The notes under the pieces are model-generated. The model was not told the origin of the DNA. It searched no databases and saw nothing but the letters and a program-made list of their open reading frames with translations. The translations under genes and the position numbers were made by a program. Below, in pieces: positions 1 through 11,942 of a stretch of 15,529 bases of DNA (its first letter is position 1; each line of letters begins with the position of its first letter). Source of the DNA: a virus (Duplodnaviria > Heunggongvirae > Uroviricota > Caudoviricetes); the IMG/VR virus record IMGVR_UViG_2681813263_000002; one strand, written 5' to 3'.

Positions 1-170
1 TGGTAGTGTCCGCTATTGCCAGTACACCTCAATGCGCCGTATCGTCGCTGTATTCCCTCATTAACAGAGACCGCAGCCCGACAGGGAGACTCCTCTGCGC
101 GAGTGTGCGGGGATAATCAAAAACGATACACACCGGGGTTTACCGCGTTAACGGAGCGCGGNNNNNNNNN

Positions 171-787
171 NNNNNNNNNNNNNNNNNNNNNNNNNNNNNN
201 NNNNNNNNNNNNNNNNNNNNNNNNNNNNNNNNNNNNNNNNNNNNNNNNNNNNNNNNNNNNNNNNNNNNNNNNNNNNNNNNNNNNNNNNNNNNNNNNNNNN
301 NNNNNNNNNNNNNNNNNNNNNNNNNNNNNNNNNNNNNNNNNNNNNNNNNNNNNNNNNNNNNNNNNNNNNNNNNNNNNNNNNNNNNNNNNNNNNNNNNNNN
401 NNNNNNNNNNNNNNNNNNNNNNNNNNNNNNNNNNNNNNNNNNNNNNNNNNNNNNNNNNNNNNNNNNNNNNNNNNNNNNNNNNNNNNNNNNNNNNNNNNNN
501 NNNNNNNNNNNNNNNNNNNNNNNNNNNNNNNNNNNNNNNNNNNNNNNNNNNNNNNNNNNNNNNNNNNNNNNNNNNNNNNNNNNNNNNNNNNNNNNNNNNN
601 NNNNNNNNNNNNNNNNNNNNNNNNNNNNNNNNNNNNNNNNNNNNNNNNNNNNNNNNNNNNNNNNNNNNNNNNNNNNNNNNNNNNNNNNNNNNNNNNNNNN
701 NNNNNNNNNNNNNNNNNNNNNNNNNNNNNNNNNNNNNNNNNNNNNNNNNNNNNNNNNNNNNNNNNNNNNNNNNNNNNNNNNNNNNNN
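171..787. other. Run of N (617 nt): assembly gap or masked region, content unknown
   Basis: Uninterrupted n characters; ORFs 16..801 (+) and 140..853 (-) read through it only as X residues. Confidence 0.95.
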
Positions 788-1095
788 AATCATTTGGTTA
801 GGAAAGCGGATGTTGCGGGTTGTTGTTCTGCGGGTTCTGTTCTTCGTTGACATGAGGTTGCNNNNNNNNNNNNNNNNNNNNNNNNNNNNNNNNNNNNNNN
901 NNNNNNNNNNNNNAGTGTCGCTGATTTGTATTGTCTGAAGTTGTTTTTACGTTAAGTTGATGCAGATCAATTAATACGATACCTGCGTCATAATTGATTA
1001 TTTGACGTGGTTTGATGGCGTAGATGCACGTTGTGACATGTAGATGATAATTATTATCATTTTGCGGGTCCTTTCCGGCGATCCGACAGGTTACG
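788..1095 (+). other. Lambda right-end-like sequence immediately upstream of cosN, including the cosQ-containing segment; interrupted by a 51-nt N-run at 863-913
   Basis: Sequence (aatcatttggttaggaaagcggatgttgcggg ... gggtcctttccggcgatccgacaggttacg) matches my recollection of the last ~250 bp of the lambda genome with a few substitutions, and ends exactly at the cosN 12-mer. Confidence 0.7.
863..913. other. Run of N (51 nt): gap or masked segment within the right-end-like region
   Basis: Uninterrupted n characters. By recollection lambda has only about 9 nt at this position, so the true length here is uncertain. Confidence 0.9.
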
Positions 1096-1107
1096 GGGCG
1101 GAAGGCG
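1096..1107 (+). other. cosN: cosN-like cohesive-end site (terminase nicking site), variant 12-mer GGGCGGAAGGCG
   Basis: Sits between ...ccgacaggttacg and cgcgggttttcgctatttatg..., the conserved lambda flanks of cosN. Lambda's 12-mer is GGGCGGCGACCT; here the left half is identical and 5 of the 6 right-half bases differ. Confidence 0.7.
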
Positions 1108-1147
1108 CGCGGGTTTTCGCTATTTATGACAATTTTCCGGTTTAAGG

Positions 1148-1260
1148 CGTTTCCGTTCTTCTTCGCCGTAACCTAATGTTTTTATTTAAAACACCCCCTG
1201 AAAAGAAAGGAAACGACAGGTGCTGAAAACGGGCTTTTTGGCCTCTGTCGTTTCCTTTCT
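1148..1260 (+). promoter_or_regulatory. cosB: cosB: terminase small-subunit binding elements R3 (about 1148-1163), A/T-rich IHF-site-like I1 (about 1170-1200), R2 inverted (about 1205-1219), R1 (about 1245-1260)
   Basis: Three copies of the cgtttcc(t/g)ttct motif: cgtttccgttcttctt; gaaaggaaacgacag, which is the reverse complement ctgtcgtttcctttc; and ctgtcgtttcctttct. This is the R3-I1-R2-R1 layout between cosN and the nu1 start, as in lambda. Confidence 0.7.
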
Positions 1261-1284
1261 CTGTTTTTGTCCGTGGAATGAACA

Positions 1285-1804
1285 ATGGAAGTCAACAAAA
1301 AGCAGCTGGCTGACATTTTCGGTGCGAGTATCCGTACCATTCAGAACTGGCAGGAACAGGGAATGCCCGTTCTGCGAGGCGGTGGCAAGGGTAATGAGGT
1401 GCTTTATGACTCTGCCGCCGTTATAAGATGGTATGCCGAAAGGGATGCTGAAATTGAGAACGAAAAGCTGCGCCGGGAAGTTGAAGAACTGCGGCAGGCC
1501 AGCGAGACAGATCTCCAGCCAGGGACTATTGAGTACGAACGCCATCGACTTACGCGTGCGCAGGCCGACGCACAGGAGCTGAAAAATGCCAGAGACTCCG
1601 CTGAAGTGGTGGAAACCGCATTCTGTACTTTCGTGCTGTCGCGGATCGCAGGTGAAATTGCCAGTATTCTCGACGGGATCCCCCTGTCGGTGCAGCGGCG
1701 TTTTCCGGAACTGGAAAACCGACATGTTGATTTCCTGAAACGGGATATCATCAAAGCCATGAACAAAGCAGCCGCGCTGGATGAACTGATACCGGGGTTG
1801 CTGA

Positions 1805-1830
<26 letters not shown>
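1285..1830 (+). CDS. nu1: Terminase small subunit gpNu1 (N-terminal winged-HTH DNA-binding domain)
   Basis: 181-aa ORF MEVNKKQLADIFGASIRTIQNWQEQGMPVLRGGGKGNEV... recognised as lambda Nu1. ATG start about 180 nt downstream of cosN; 26-nt overlap with A as in lambda. Confidence 0.95.
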
Positions 1831-5829
<3,999 letters not shown>

Positions 5830-5849
<20 letters not shown>

Positions 5850-7130
5850 TCTCCCGCATATTGCCAGCATGGCTTTTAATGAGCCGCTGATGCTTGAACC
5901 CGCCTATGCGCGGGTTTTCTTTTGTGCGCTTGCAGGCCAGCTTGGGATCAGCTGCCTGACGGATGCAGTATCCGGCGACAGCCTGACTGCCGGAGAGGCA
6001 CCCGCGGCGCTGGCGTTATCCGGTGATGATGACGGACCACGACAGGCCCGCAGTTATCAGGTAATGAACGGCATCGCCGTGCTGCCGGTGTCCGGCACGC
6101 TGGTCAGCCGTACTCGGGGATGACCGGTTACAACGGCATTATCGCCCGTCTGCAACAGGCTGCCAGCGACCCGATGGTGGACGGCATTCTGCTCGATATG
6201 GACACACCGGGCGGAATGGTGGCGGGAGCATTTGACTGCGCTGACATCATCGCCCGTGTGCGTGACATAAAGCCGGTATGGGCGCTGGCCAATGACATGA
6301 ACTGCAGCGCAGGTCAGCTGCTTGCCAGTGCCGCCTCCCGGCGTCTGGTCACGCAGACCGCCCGGACAGGCTCCATCGGCGTCATGATGGCTCACAGTAA
6401 TTACGGCGCTGCACTGGAGAAACAGGGCGTGGAAATCACGCTGATTTACAGCGGCAGCCATAAGGTGGATGGCAACCCCTACAGCCATCTACCGGATGAT
6501 GTCCGGGAAACATTGCAGTCCCGGATGGATGCAACCCGCCGGATGTTTGCACAGAAGGTGTCGGCATATACCGGCCTGTCCGTGCAGGCTGTGCTGGATA
6601 CCGAGGCTGCAGTGTACAGCGGTCAGGAGGCCATTGATGCCGGACTGGCTGATGAACTTGTTAACAGTACCGATGCGATCACCGTCATGCGTGATGCACT
6701 GGATGCACGTAAATCCCGTCTCTCAGGAGGGCGAATGACCAAAGAGACTCAATCAACAACTGTTTCAGCCACTGCTTCGCAGGCTGACGTTACTGGCGTG
6801 GTGCAAGCGACGGAGGGCGAGAACGCCAGCGCGGCGCAGCCGGACGTGAACGCGCAGATCACCGCAGCGGTTGCGGCAGAAAACAGTCGCATTATGGGGA
6901 TCCTCAACTGTGAGGAGGCTCACGGACGCGAAGAACAGGCACGCGTGCTGGCCGAAACCCCCGGTATGACCGTGGAAACGGCCCGCCGTATTCTGGCCGC
7001 AGCACCACAGAGTGCACAGACGCGCAGTGACACTGCGCTGGATCGTCTGATGCAGGGGGCACCGGCACCGCTGGCTGCAGGTAACCCGGCATCTGATGCC
7101 GTTAACGATTTGCTGAACACACCAGTGTAA
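5830..7130 (+). pseudogene. C: Gene C (capsid assembly protease / minor capsid protein, S49 SppA-like family) split by a frameshift near 6118-6123: 5' part 5830-6123 (97 aa), 3' part in another frame 6120-7130
   Basis: GTG at 5830 gives MTAELRNLPHIASMAFNEPLMLEPAYARVFF..., ending ...LVSRTRG then TGA at 6121-6123. The next ORF starts at ATG 6120 (MTGYNGIIARLQQAASDPMVDGILLDMDTPGG...) in a different frame with no spacer or Shine-Dalgarno sequence. In lambda these form one continuous protein (...SRTRALQPYSGMTGYNG... by recollection, 439 aa); here 97 + 336 = 433 aa, consistent with loss of about 19 nt. Confidence 0.6.
6525..7130 (+). CDS. nu3: Scaffolding protein gpNu3, translated in frame from an internal start within the 3' part of C
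   Basis: Internal ATG at 6525 (MDATRRMFAQKVSAYTGLSV...) in the same frame and with the same stop as the C 3' region; 201 aa, matching lambda Nu3 length and position. Confidence 0.8.
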   Translation: MDATRRMFAQKVSAYTGLSVQAVLDTEAAVYSGQEAIDAGLADELVNSTDAITVMRDALDARKSRLSGGRMTKETQSTTVSATASQADVTGVVQATEGENASAAQPDVNAQITAAVAAENSRIMGILNCEEAHGREEQARVLAETPGMTVETARRILAAAPQSAQTRSDTALDRLMQGAPAPLAAGNPASDAVNDLLNTPV

Positions 7131-7139
7131 GGGATGTTT

Positions 7140-7472
7140 ATGACGAGCAAAGAAACCTTTACCCATTACCAGCCGCTGGGCAATAGTGACCCGGCTCATA
7201 CCGCAACCGCGCCCGGCGGATTGAGTGCGAAAGCGCCTGCAATGACCCCGCTGATGCTGGACACCTCCACCCGTAAGCTGGTTGCGTGGGATGGCACCAC
7301 CGACGGTGCTGCCGTTGGCATTCTTGCGGTTGCTGCTGACCAGACCAGCACCACACTGACGTTCTACAAGTCCGGCACGTTCCGTTATGAGGATGTGCTC
7401 TGGCCGGAGGCTGCCAGCGACGAGACGAAAAAACGGACCGCGTTTGCCGGAACGGCAATCAGCATCGTTTAA
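7140..7472 (+). CDS. D: Head decoration protein gpD
   Basis: [43 protein letters not shown]... recognised as lambda gpD, 110 aa. ATG 7140 preferred over the upstream in-frame ATG 7134 because the AAGGGA Shine-Dalgarno-like sequence is then at proper spacing. Confidence 0.95.
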   Translation: MTSKETFTHYQPLGNSDPAHTATAPGGLSAKAPAMTPLMLDTSTRKLVAWDGTTDGAAVGILAVAADQTSTTLTFYKSGTFRYEDVLWPEAASDETKKRTAFAGTAISIV

Positions 7473-7489
7473 CTTTACCCTTCATCACT

Positions 7490-7514
7490 AAAGGCCGCCT
7501 GTGCGGCTTTTTTT
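7490..7514 (+). terminator. Intrinsic-terminator-like hairpin between D and E (GC-rich stem, CTGT loop, T-run)
   Basis: aaaggccgc-ctgt-gcggctttt: about 9 bp of stem including one G-T wobble, followed by ttttttt further downstream. Sits 18 nt after the D stop. Confidence 0.4.
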
Positions 7515-7527
7515 ACGGGATTTTTTT

Positions 7528-8553
7528 ATGTCGATGTACACAACCGCCCAGCTGCTGGCGGCAAATGAGCAGAAATTTAAGTTTGATCCGCTGTTTCTGC
7601 GTCTCTTTTTCCGTGAGAGCTATCCCTTCACTACGGAGAAAGTCTATCTCTCACAAATTCCGGGACTGGTAAACATGGCGCTGTACGTTTCGCCGATTGT
7701 TTCCGGTGAGGTTATCCGTTCCCGTGGCGGCTCCACCTCTGAATTTACGCCGGGATATGTCAAACCCAAGCATGAGGTGAATCCGCAGATGACCCTGCGT
7801 CGCCTGCCGGATGAAGATCCGCAGAATCTGGCGGACCCGGCTTACCGCCGCCGTCGCATCATCATGCAGAACATGCGTGACGAAGAGCTGGCCATTGCTC
7901 AGGTCGAAGAGATGCAGGCAGTTTCTGCCGTGCTCAAGGGCAAATACACCATGACCGGTGAAGCCTTCGATCCGGTTGAGGTGGATATGGGCCGCAGTGC
8001 GGCGAACAACATCACACAGTCCGGCGTCACGGAGTGGAGCAAGCGTGACAAGTCCACGTATGACCCGACCGACGATATCGAAGCCTACGCGCTGAACGCC
8101 AGCGGTGTGGTGAATATCATCGTGTTTGACCCGAAAGGCTGGGCGCTGTTCCGTTCCTTCAAAGCCGTCAAGGAGAAGCTGGATACCCGTCGCGGCTCTC
8201 ATTCCGAGCTGGAGACAGCGGTAAAAGACCTGGGCAAAGCGGTGTCCTATAAGGGAATGTATGGCGATGTGGCCATCGTCGTGTATTCCGGACAGTACGT
8301 GGAAAACGGCGTCAAAAAGAACTTCCTGCCGGACAACACGATGGTGCTGGGGAACACTCAGGCTCGCGGTCTGCGCACCTATGGCTGCATTCAGGATGCG
8401 GACGCACAGCGCGAAGGCATTAACGCCTCTGCCCGTTACCCGAAAAACTGGGTGACCACCGGCGATCCGGCGCGTGAGTTCACCATGATTCAGTCAGCAC
8501 CGCTGATGCTGCTGGCTGATCCTGATGAGTTCGTGTCCGTTCAACTGGCGTAA
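7528..8553 (+). CDS. E: Major capsid protein gpE
   Basis: MSMYTTAQLLAANEQKFKFDPLFLRLFFRESYPFTTEKVYLSQIPGLVNMALYV... recognised as lambda gpE, 341 aa. The ORF-track start at 7501 is an upstream in-frame extension, not the real start. Confidence 0.95.
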   Translation: MSMYTTAQLLAANEQKFKFDPLFLRLFFRESYPFTTEKVYLSQIPGLVNMALYVSPIVSGEVIRSRGGSTSEFTPGYVKPKHEVNPQMTLRRLPDEDPQNLADPAYRRRRIIMQNMRDEELAIAQVEEMQAVSAVLKGKYTMTGEAFDPVEVDMGRSAANNITQSGVTEWSKRDKSTYDPTDDIEAYALNASGVVNIIVFDPKGWALFRSFKAVKEKLDTRRGSHSELETAVKDLGKAVSYKGMYGDVAIVVYSGQYVENGVKKNFLPDNTMVLGNTQARGLRTYGCIQDADAQREGINASARYPKNWVTTGDPAREFTMIQSAPLMLLADPDEFVSVQLA

Positions 8554-8555
8554 TC

Positions 8556-8577
8556 ATGGCCCTTCGGGGCCATTTTC
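8556..8577 (+). terminator. Hairpin directly after the E stop: perfect 7-bp stem with TTCG tetraloop followed by TTTT
   Basis: atggccc-ttcg-gggccat then ttttctctct, beginning 3 nt after the E stop codon. Confidence 0.4.
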
Positions 8578-8594
8578 TCTCTGTGGAGGAGTTC

Positions 8595-8993
8595 ATGACG
8601 AAAGATGAACTGATTGCCCGTCTTCAGGAGCTGGGTGAGCAATTGAACCGCGATGTCAGTTTGACGGGAACGAAAGAAGAACTGGCGCTTCGTGTGGCAG
8701 AGCTGGAAGAAGAGCTTGATGACACGGATGAAACTGCCGGTCAGGACACCCCTCTCAGCCGGGAAAATGTGCTGACCGGGCATGAAAATGAGGTGGTATC
8801 AGCGCAGCCGGATACCGTGATTCAGGATACGGCTGAACTGGTCACGGTCGTGGCACTGGTGACGCTGCATACTGATGCACTTCACGCCACGCGGGATAAA
8901 CCTGTGGCATTTGTGCTGCCGGGAACGGCGTTTCGTGTCTCTGCCGGTGTGGCAGCCGAAATGACAGAGCGCGGCCTGGCCAGAATGCAATAA
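8595..8993 (+). CDS. FI: DNA-packaging / head assembly protein gpFI
   Basis: MTKDELIARLQELGEQLNRDVSLTGTKEELALRVAELEEELDDTDETAGQ... recognised as lambda gpFI, 132 aa. GGAGGA Shine-Dalgarno sequence 5 nt upstream of ATG 8595; the ORF-track start at 8556 is an upstream extension. Confidence 0.9.
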   Translation: MTKDELIARLQELGEQLNRDVSLTGTKEELALRVAELEEELDDTDETAGQDTPLSRENVLTGHENEVVSAQPDTVIQDTAELVTVVALVTLHTDALHATRDKPVAFVLPGTAFRVSAGVAAEMTERGLARMQ

Positions 8994-9004
8994 CGGGAGG
9001 CGCT

Positions 9005-9358
9005 GTGGCTGATTTCGATAACCTGTTCGATGCTGCCATTGCCCGCGCCGATGAAACGATACGCGGGTACATGGGAACGTCAGCCACCATGACATCCGGT
9101 GAGCAGTCAGGTGCGGTGATACGTGGTGTTTTTGATGACCCTGAAAATATCAGCTATGCCGGACAGGGCGTGCGCGTTGAAGGCTCCAGCCCGTCCCTGT
9201 TTGTCCGGACTGATGAGGTGCGGCAGCTGCGGCGTGGAGACACGCTGACCATCGGTGAGGAAAATTTCTGGGTAGATCGGGTTTCGCCGGATGATGGCGG
9301 AAGTTGTCATCTCTGGCTTGGACGGGGCGTACCGCCTGCCGTTAACCGTCGCCGCTGA
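9005..9358 (+). CDS. FII: Head completion / head-tail connector protein gpFII
   Basis: GTG-initiated 117-aa ORF MADFDNLFDAAIARADETIRGYMGTSATMTSGEQSGAVIRGVFDDPEN... recognised as lambda gpFII. Confidence 0.93.
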   Translation: MADFDNLFDAAIARADETIRGYMGTSATMTSGEQSGAVIRGVFDDPENISYAGQGVRVEGSSPSLFVRTDEVRQLRRGDTLTIGEENFWVDRVSPDDGGSCHLWLGRGVPPAVNRRR

Positions 9359-9369
9359 AAGGGGGATGT

Positions 9370-9948
9370 ATGGCCATAAAAGGTCTTGAGCAGGCCGTTG
9401 AAAACCTCAGCCGTATCAGCAAAACGGCGGTGCCCGGTGCCGCCGCAATGGCCATTAACCGCGTTGCTTCATCCGCGATATCGCAGTCTGCGTCACAGGT
9501 TGCCCGTGAGACAAAGGTACGCCGGAAACTGGTAAAGGAAAGGGCCAGGCTGAAAAGGGCCACGGTCAAAAATCCGCAGGCCAGAATCAAAGTTAACCGG
9601 GGGGATTTGCCCGTAATCAAGCTGGGTAATGCGCGGGTTGTCCTGTCCCGCCGCAGGCGTCATAAAAAGGGGCAGCGTTCATCCCTGAAAGGTGGCGGCA
9701 GCGTGCTTGTGGTGGGTAACCGTCGTATTCCCGGCGCGTTTATTCAGCAACTGAAAAACGGCCGGTGGCATGTTATGCAGCGTGTGGCCGGGAAAAACCG
9801 TTACCCCATTGATGTGGTGAAAATCCCGATGGCGGTGCCGCTGACCACGGCGTTTAAACAGAATATTGAACGGATACGGCGTGAACGTCTTCCGAAAGAG
9901 CTGGGCTATGCGCTGCAGCATCAACTGAGAATGGTAATAAAGCGATGA
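9370..9948 (+). CDS. Z: Tail completion protein gpZ
   Basis: 192-aa ORF MAIKGLEQAVENLSRISKTAVPGAAAMAINRVASSAISQSASQVARETK... recognised as lambda gpZ; ATGA overlap with U. Confidence 0.93.
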   Translation: MAIKGLEQAVENLSRISKTAVPGAAAMAINRVASSAISQSASQVARETKVRRKLVKERARLKRATVKNPQARIKVNRGDLPVIKLGNARVVLSRRRRHKKGQRSSLKGGGSVLVVGNRRIPGAFIQQLKNGRWHVMQRVAGKNRYPIDVVKIPMAVPLTTAFKQNIERIRRERLPKELGYALQHQLRMVIKR

Positions 9949-10340
9949 AACATACTGAACTCCGTGCAGCCGTACTGGATGCACTGGAGAAGCATGACAC
10001 CGGGGCGACGCTTTTTGATGGTCGCCCCGCTGTTTTTGATGAGGAAGATTTTCCGGCAATTGCCGTTTATCTCACCGGCGCTGAATACACGGGCGAAGAG
10101 CTGGACAGCGATACCTGGCAGGCGGAGCTGCATATTGAAGTTTTCCTGCCTGCTCAGGTGCCGGATTCAGAGCTGGATTCGTGGATGGAGTCCCGGATTT
10201 ATCCGGTGATGAGCGATATCCCGGCACTGTCAGATTTGATCACCAGTATGGTGGCCAGCGGCTATGACTACCGGCGCGACGATGATGCGGGCCTGTGGAG
10301 TTCAGCCGATCTGACTTATGTCATTATCTATGAAATGTGA
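9945..10340 (+). CDS. U: Tail terminator protein gpU
   Basis: 131-aa [55 protein letters not shown]... recognised as lambda gpU. Confidence 0.93.
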   Translation: MKHTELRAAVLDALEKHDTGATLFDGRPAVFDEEDFPAIAVYLTGAEYTGEELDSDTWQAELHIEVFLPAQVPDSELDSWMESRIYPVMSDIPALSDLITSMVASGYDYRRDDDAGLWSSADLTYVIIYEM

Positions 10341-10347
10341 GGACGCT

Positions 10348-11088
10348 ATGCCTGTACCAAATCCTACAATGCCGGTGAAAGGTGCCGGGACCACCCTGTG
10401 GGTTTATAAGGGGAGCGGTGACCCTTATGCGAACCCGCTTTCAGACGTTGACTGGTCGCGTCTGGCAAAAGTTAAAGACCTGACGCCCGGCGAACTGACC
10501 GCTGAGTCCTATGACGACAGCTATCTCGATGATGAAGATGCAGACTGGACTGCGACCGGGCAGGGGCAGAAATCTGCCGGAGATACCAGCTTCACGCTGG
10601 CGTGGATGCCCGGAGAGCAGGGGCAGCAGGCGCTGCTGGCGTGGTTTAATGAAGGTGATACCCGTGCCTATAAAATCCGCTTCCCGAACGGCACGGTCGA
10701 TGTGTTCCGTGGCTGGGTCAGCAGTATCGGTAAGGCGGTGACGGCGAAGGAGGTGATTACCCGCACGGTGAAGGTCACCAATGTGGGACGTCCGTCGATG
10801 GCAGAAGATCGCAGCACGGTGACGGCGACGACCGGCATGACGGTGACACCCGCCAGTGCTTCCGTAGTGAAAGGGCAGAGCACCACGCTGACCGTGGCAT
10901 TCCAGCCGGATGGCGCAACCGACAAGAGCTTCCGTGCGGTGTCTGCGGATAAAACAAAAGCCACCGTGTCGGTCAGTGGTATGACCATCACCGTGAAAGG
11001 TGTTGCTGCAGGCAAGGTCAACATTCCGGTCGTATCTGGTAATGGTGAGTTTGCTGCGGTTGCAGAAATCAACGTCACCGCCAGTTAA
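10348..11088 (+). CDS. V: Major tail tube protein gpV (N-terminal tube domain plus C-terminal Ig-like domain)
   Basis: [45 protein letters not shown]... recognised as lambda gpV, 246 aa from ATG 10348. The Thr/Val-rich C-terminal roughly 90 aa are typical of a Big_2 Ig-like domain. Confidence 0.95.
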   Translation: MPVPNPTMPVKGAGTTLWVYKGSGDPYANPLSDVDWSRLAKVKDLTPGELTAESYDDSYLDDEDADWTATGQGQKSAGDTSFTLAWMPGEQGQQALLAWFNEGDTRAYKIRFPNGTVDVFRGWVSSIGKAVTAKEVITRTVKVTNVGRPSMAEDRSTVTATTGMTVTPASASVVKGQSTTLTVAFQPDGATDKSFRAVSADKTKATVSVSGMTITVKGVAAGKVNIPVVSGNGEFAAVAEINVTAS

Positions 11089-11103
11089 TCCGGAGAGTCA
11101 GCG

Positions 11104-11526
11104 ATGTTCCTGAAAACCGAATCATTTGAACATAACGGTGTGACCGTCACGCTTTCTGAACTGTCAGCCCTGCAGCGTATTGAGCATCTCGACCTGATGA
11201 AACGGCAGGCAGAACAGGCGGAGTCAGACAGCAACCGGAAGTTTACTGTGGAAGACGCCATCAGAACCGGCGCTTTTGTGGTTGCGATGTCCCTGTGGCA
11301 TAACCATCCGAAGAAGACGCAGATGCCGTCCATGAATGAAGCCGTTAAACAGATTGAGCAGGAAGTGCTTACCACCTGGCCCACAGAGGCAATTTCTCAT
11401 GCTGAAAACGTGGTGTACCGGCTGTCCGGTATGTATGAGTTTGTGGTGAATGATGCTCCTGAACAGGCAGAGGACGCCGGGCCTGCAGAGCCTGTTTCTG
11501 CGGGAAAGTGTTCGACGGTGAGCTGA
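11104..11526 (+). CDS. G: Tail assembly chaperone gpG
   Basis: 140-aa ORF MFLKTESFEHNGVTVTLSELSALQRIEHLDLMKRQAEQAESDSNRKFTVEDAIRTGAF... recognised as lambda gpG. Confidence 0.93.
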   Translation: MFLKTESFEHNGVTVTLSELSALQRIEHLDLMKRQAEQAESDSNRKFTVEDAIRTGAFVVAMSLWHNHPKKTQMPSMNEAVKQIEQEVLTTWPTEAISHAENVVYRLSGMYEFVVNDAPEQAEDAGPAEPVSAGKCSTVS

Positions 11527-11942
11527 GTTTTGCCCTGAAACTGGCGCGTGAGATGGGGCGACCCGACTGGCGCGCCATGCTTGCCGGGATGTCATCCACG
11601 GAGTATGCCGACTGGCACCGCTTTTACAGTACCCATTATTTTCATGATGTTCTGCTGGATATGCACTTTTCCGGGCTGACGTACACCGTGCTCAGCCTGT
11701 TTTTCAGCGATCCGGAGATGCATCCGCTGGATTTCAGTCTGCTGAACCGGCGCGAGGCTGACGAAGAGCCTGAAGATGATGTGCTGATGCAGAAAGCGGC
11801 AGGGCTTGCCGGAGGTGTCCGCTTTGGCCCGGACGGGAATGAAGTTATCCCCGCTTCCCCGGATGTGGCGGACATGACGGAGGATGACGTAATGCTGATG
11901 ACAGTATCAGAAGGGATCGCAGGAGGAGTCCGGTATGGCTGA
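11104..11942 (+). CDS. G-T: Tail assembly chaperone fusion gpGT, made by programmed -1 ribosomal frameshift at G GGA AAG (11502-11508) from the G frame into the T frame
   Basis: The slippery heptamer GGGAAAG lies in the zero frame as G GGA AAG near the 3' end of G. The -1 frame from there stays open to 11942 and encodes ...FDGELSFALKLAREMGRPDWRAMLAGMSSTEYADWHRFY..., recognised as lambda gpT sequence, with no independent start or RBS. Confidence 0.85.
11502..11508 (+). other. Slippery heptanucleotide GGGAAAG (recoding signal for the G-T -1 frameshift)
   Basis: Read directly: cgGGGAAAGtg, with the codon phase of G giving G GGA AAG. Confidence 0.85.

Noticed and set aside
16-853. 261-aa plus-strand and 237-aa minus-strand ORFs spanning the first N-run
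   Set aside because: They are open only because N translates to X. The real sequence is unknown and no protein can be inferred.
1186-1725. 179-aa minus-strand ORF antisense to nu1
   Set aside because: It lies wholly inside the well-supported nu1 gene and cosB, has no recognisable product, and lambda has no known antisense gene here. Long antisense ORFs are expected by chance in GC-rich coding DNA.
6110-6125. Possibility that the C frame break is a programmed recoding site
   Set aside because: There is no slippery heptamer at the junction (ACTCGGGGATGA), and the lambda homologue is a single continuous ORF. A mutation or a sequence error is far more likely.
7134-7139. Upstream in-frame ATG extending D by two codons (MFMTSKE...)
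   Set aside because: The Shine-Dalgarno-like AAGGGA is only 3 nt from this ATG but properly spaced for ATG 7140, and MTSKETF is the known gpD N-terminus.
11508-11942. ORF-track call of T as an independent 144-aa CDS starting at 11508
   Set aside because: The listed first codon is GTG, it lies inside the slippery site, and there is no RBS. In lambda-like phages T is expressed only as the G-T frameshift fusion, so it is annotated that way.
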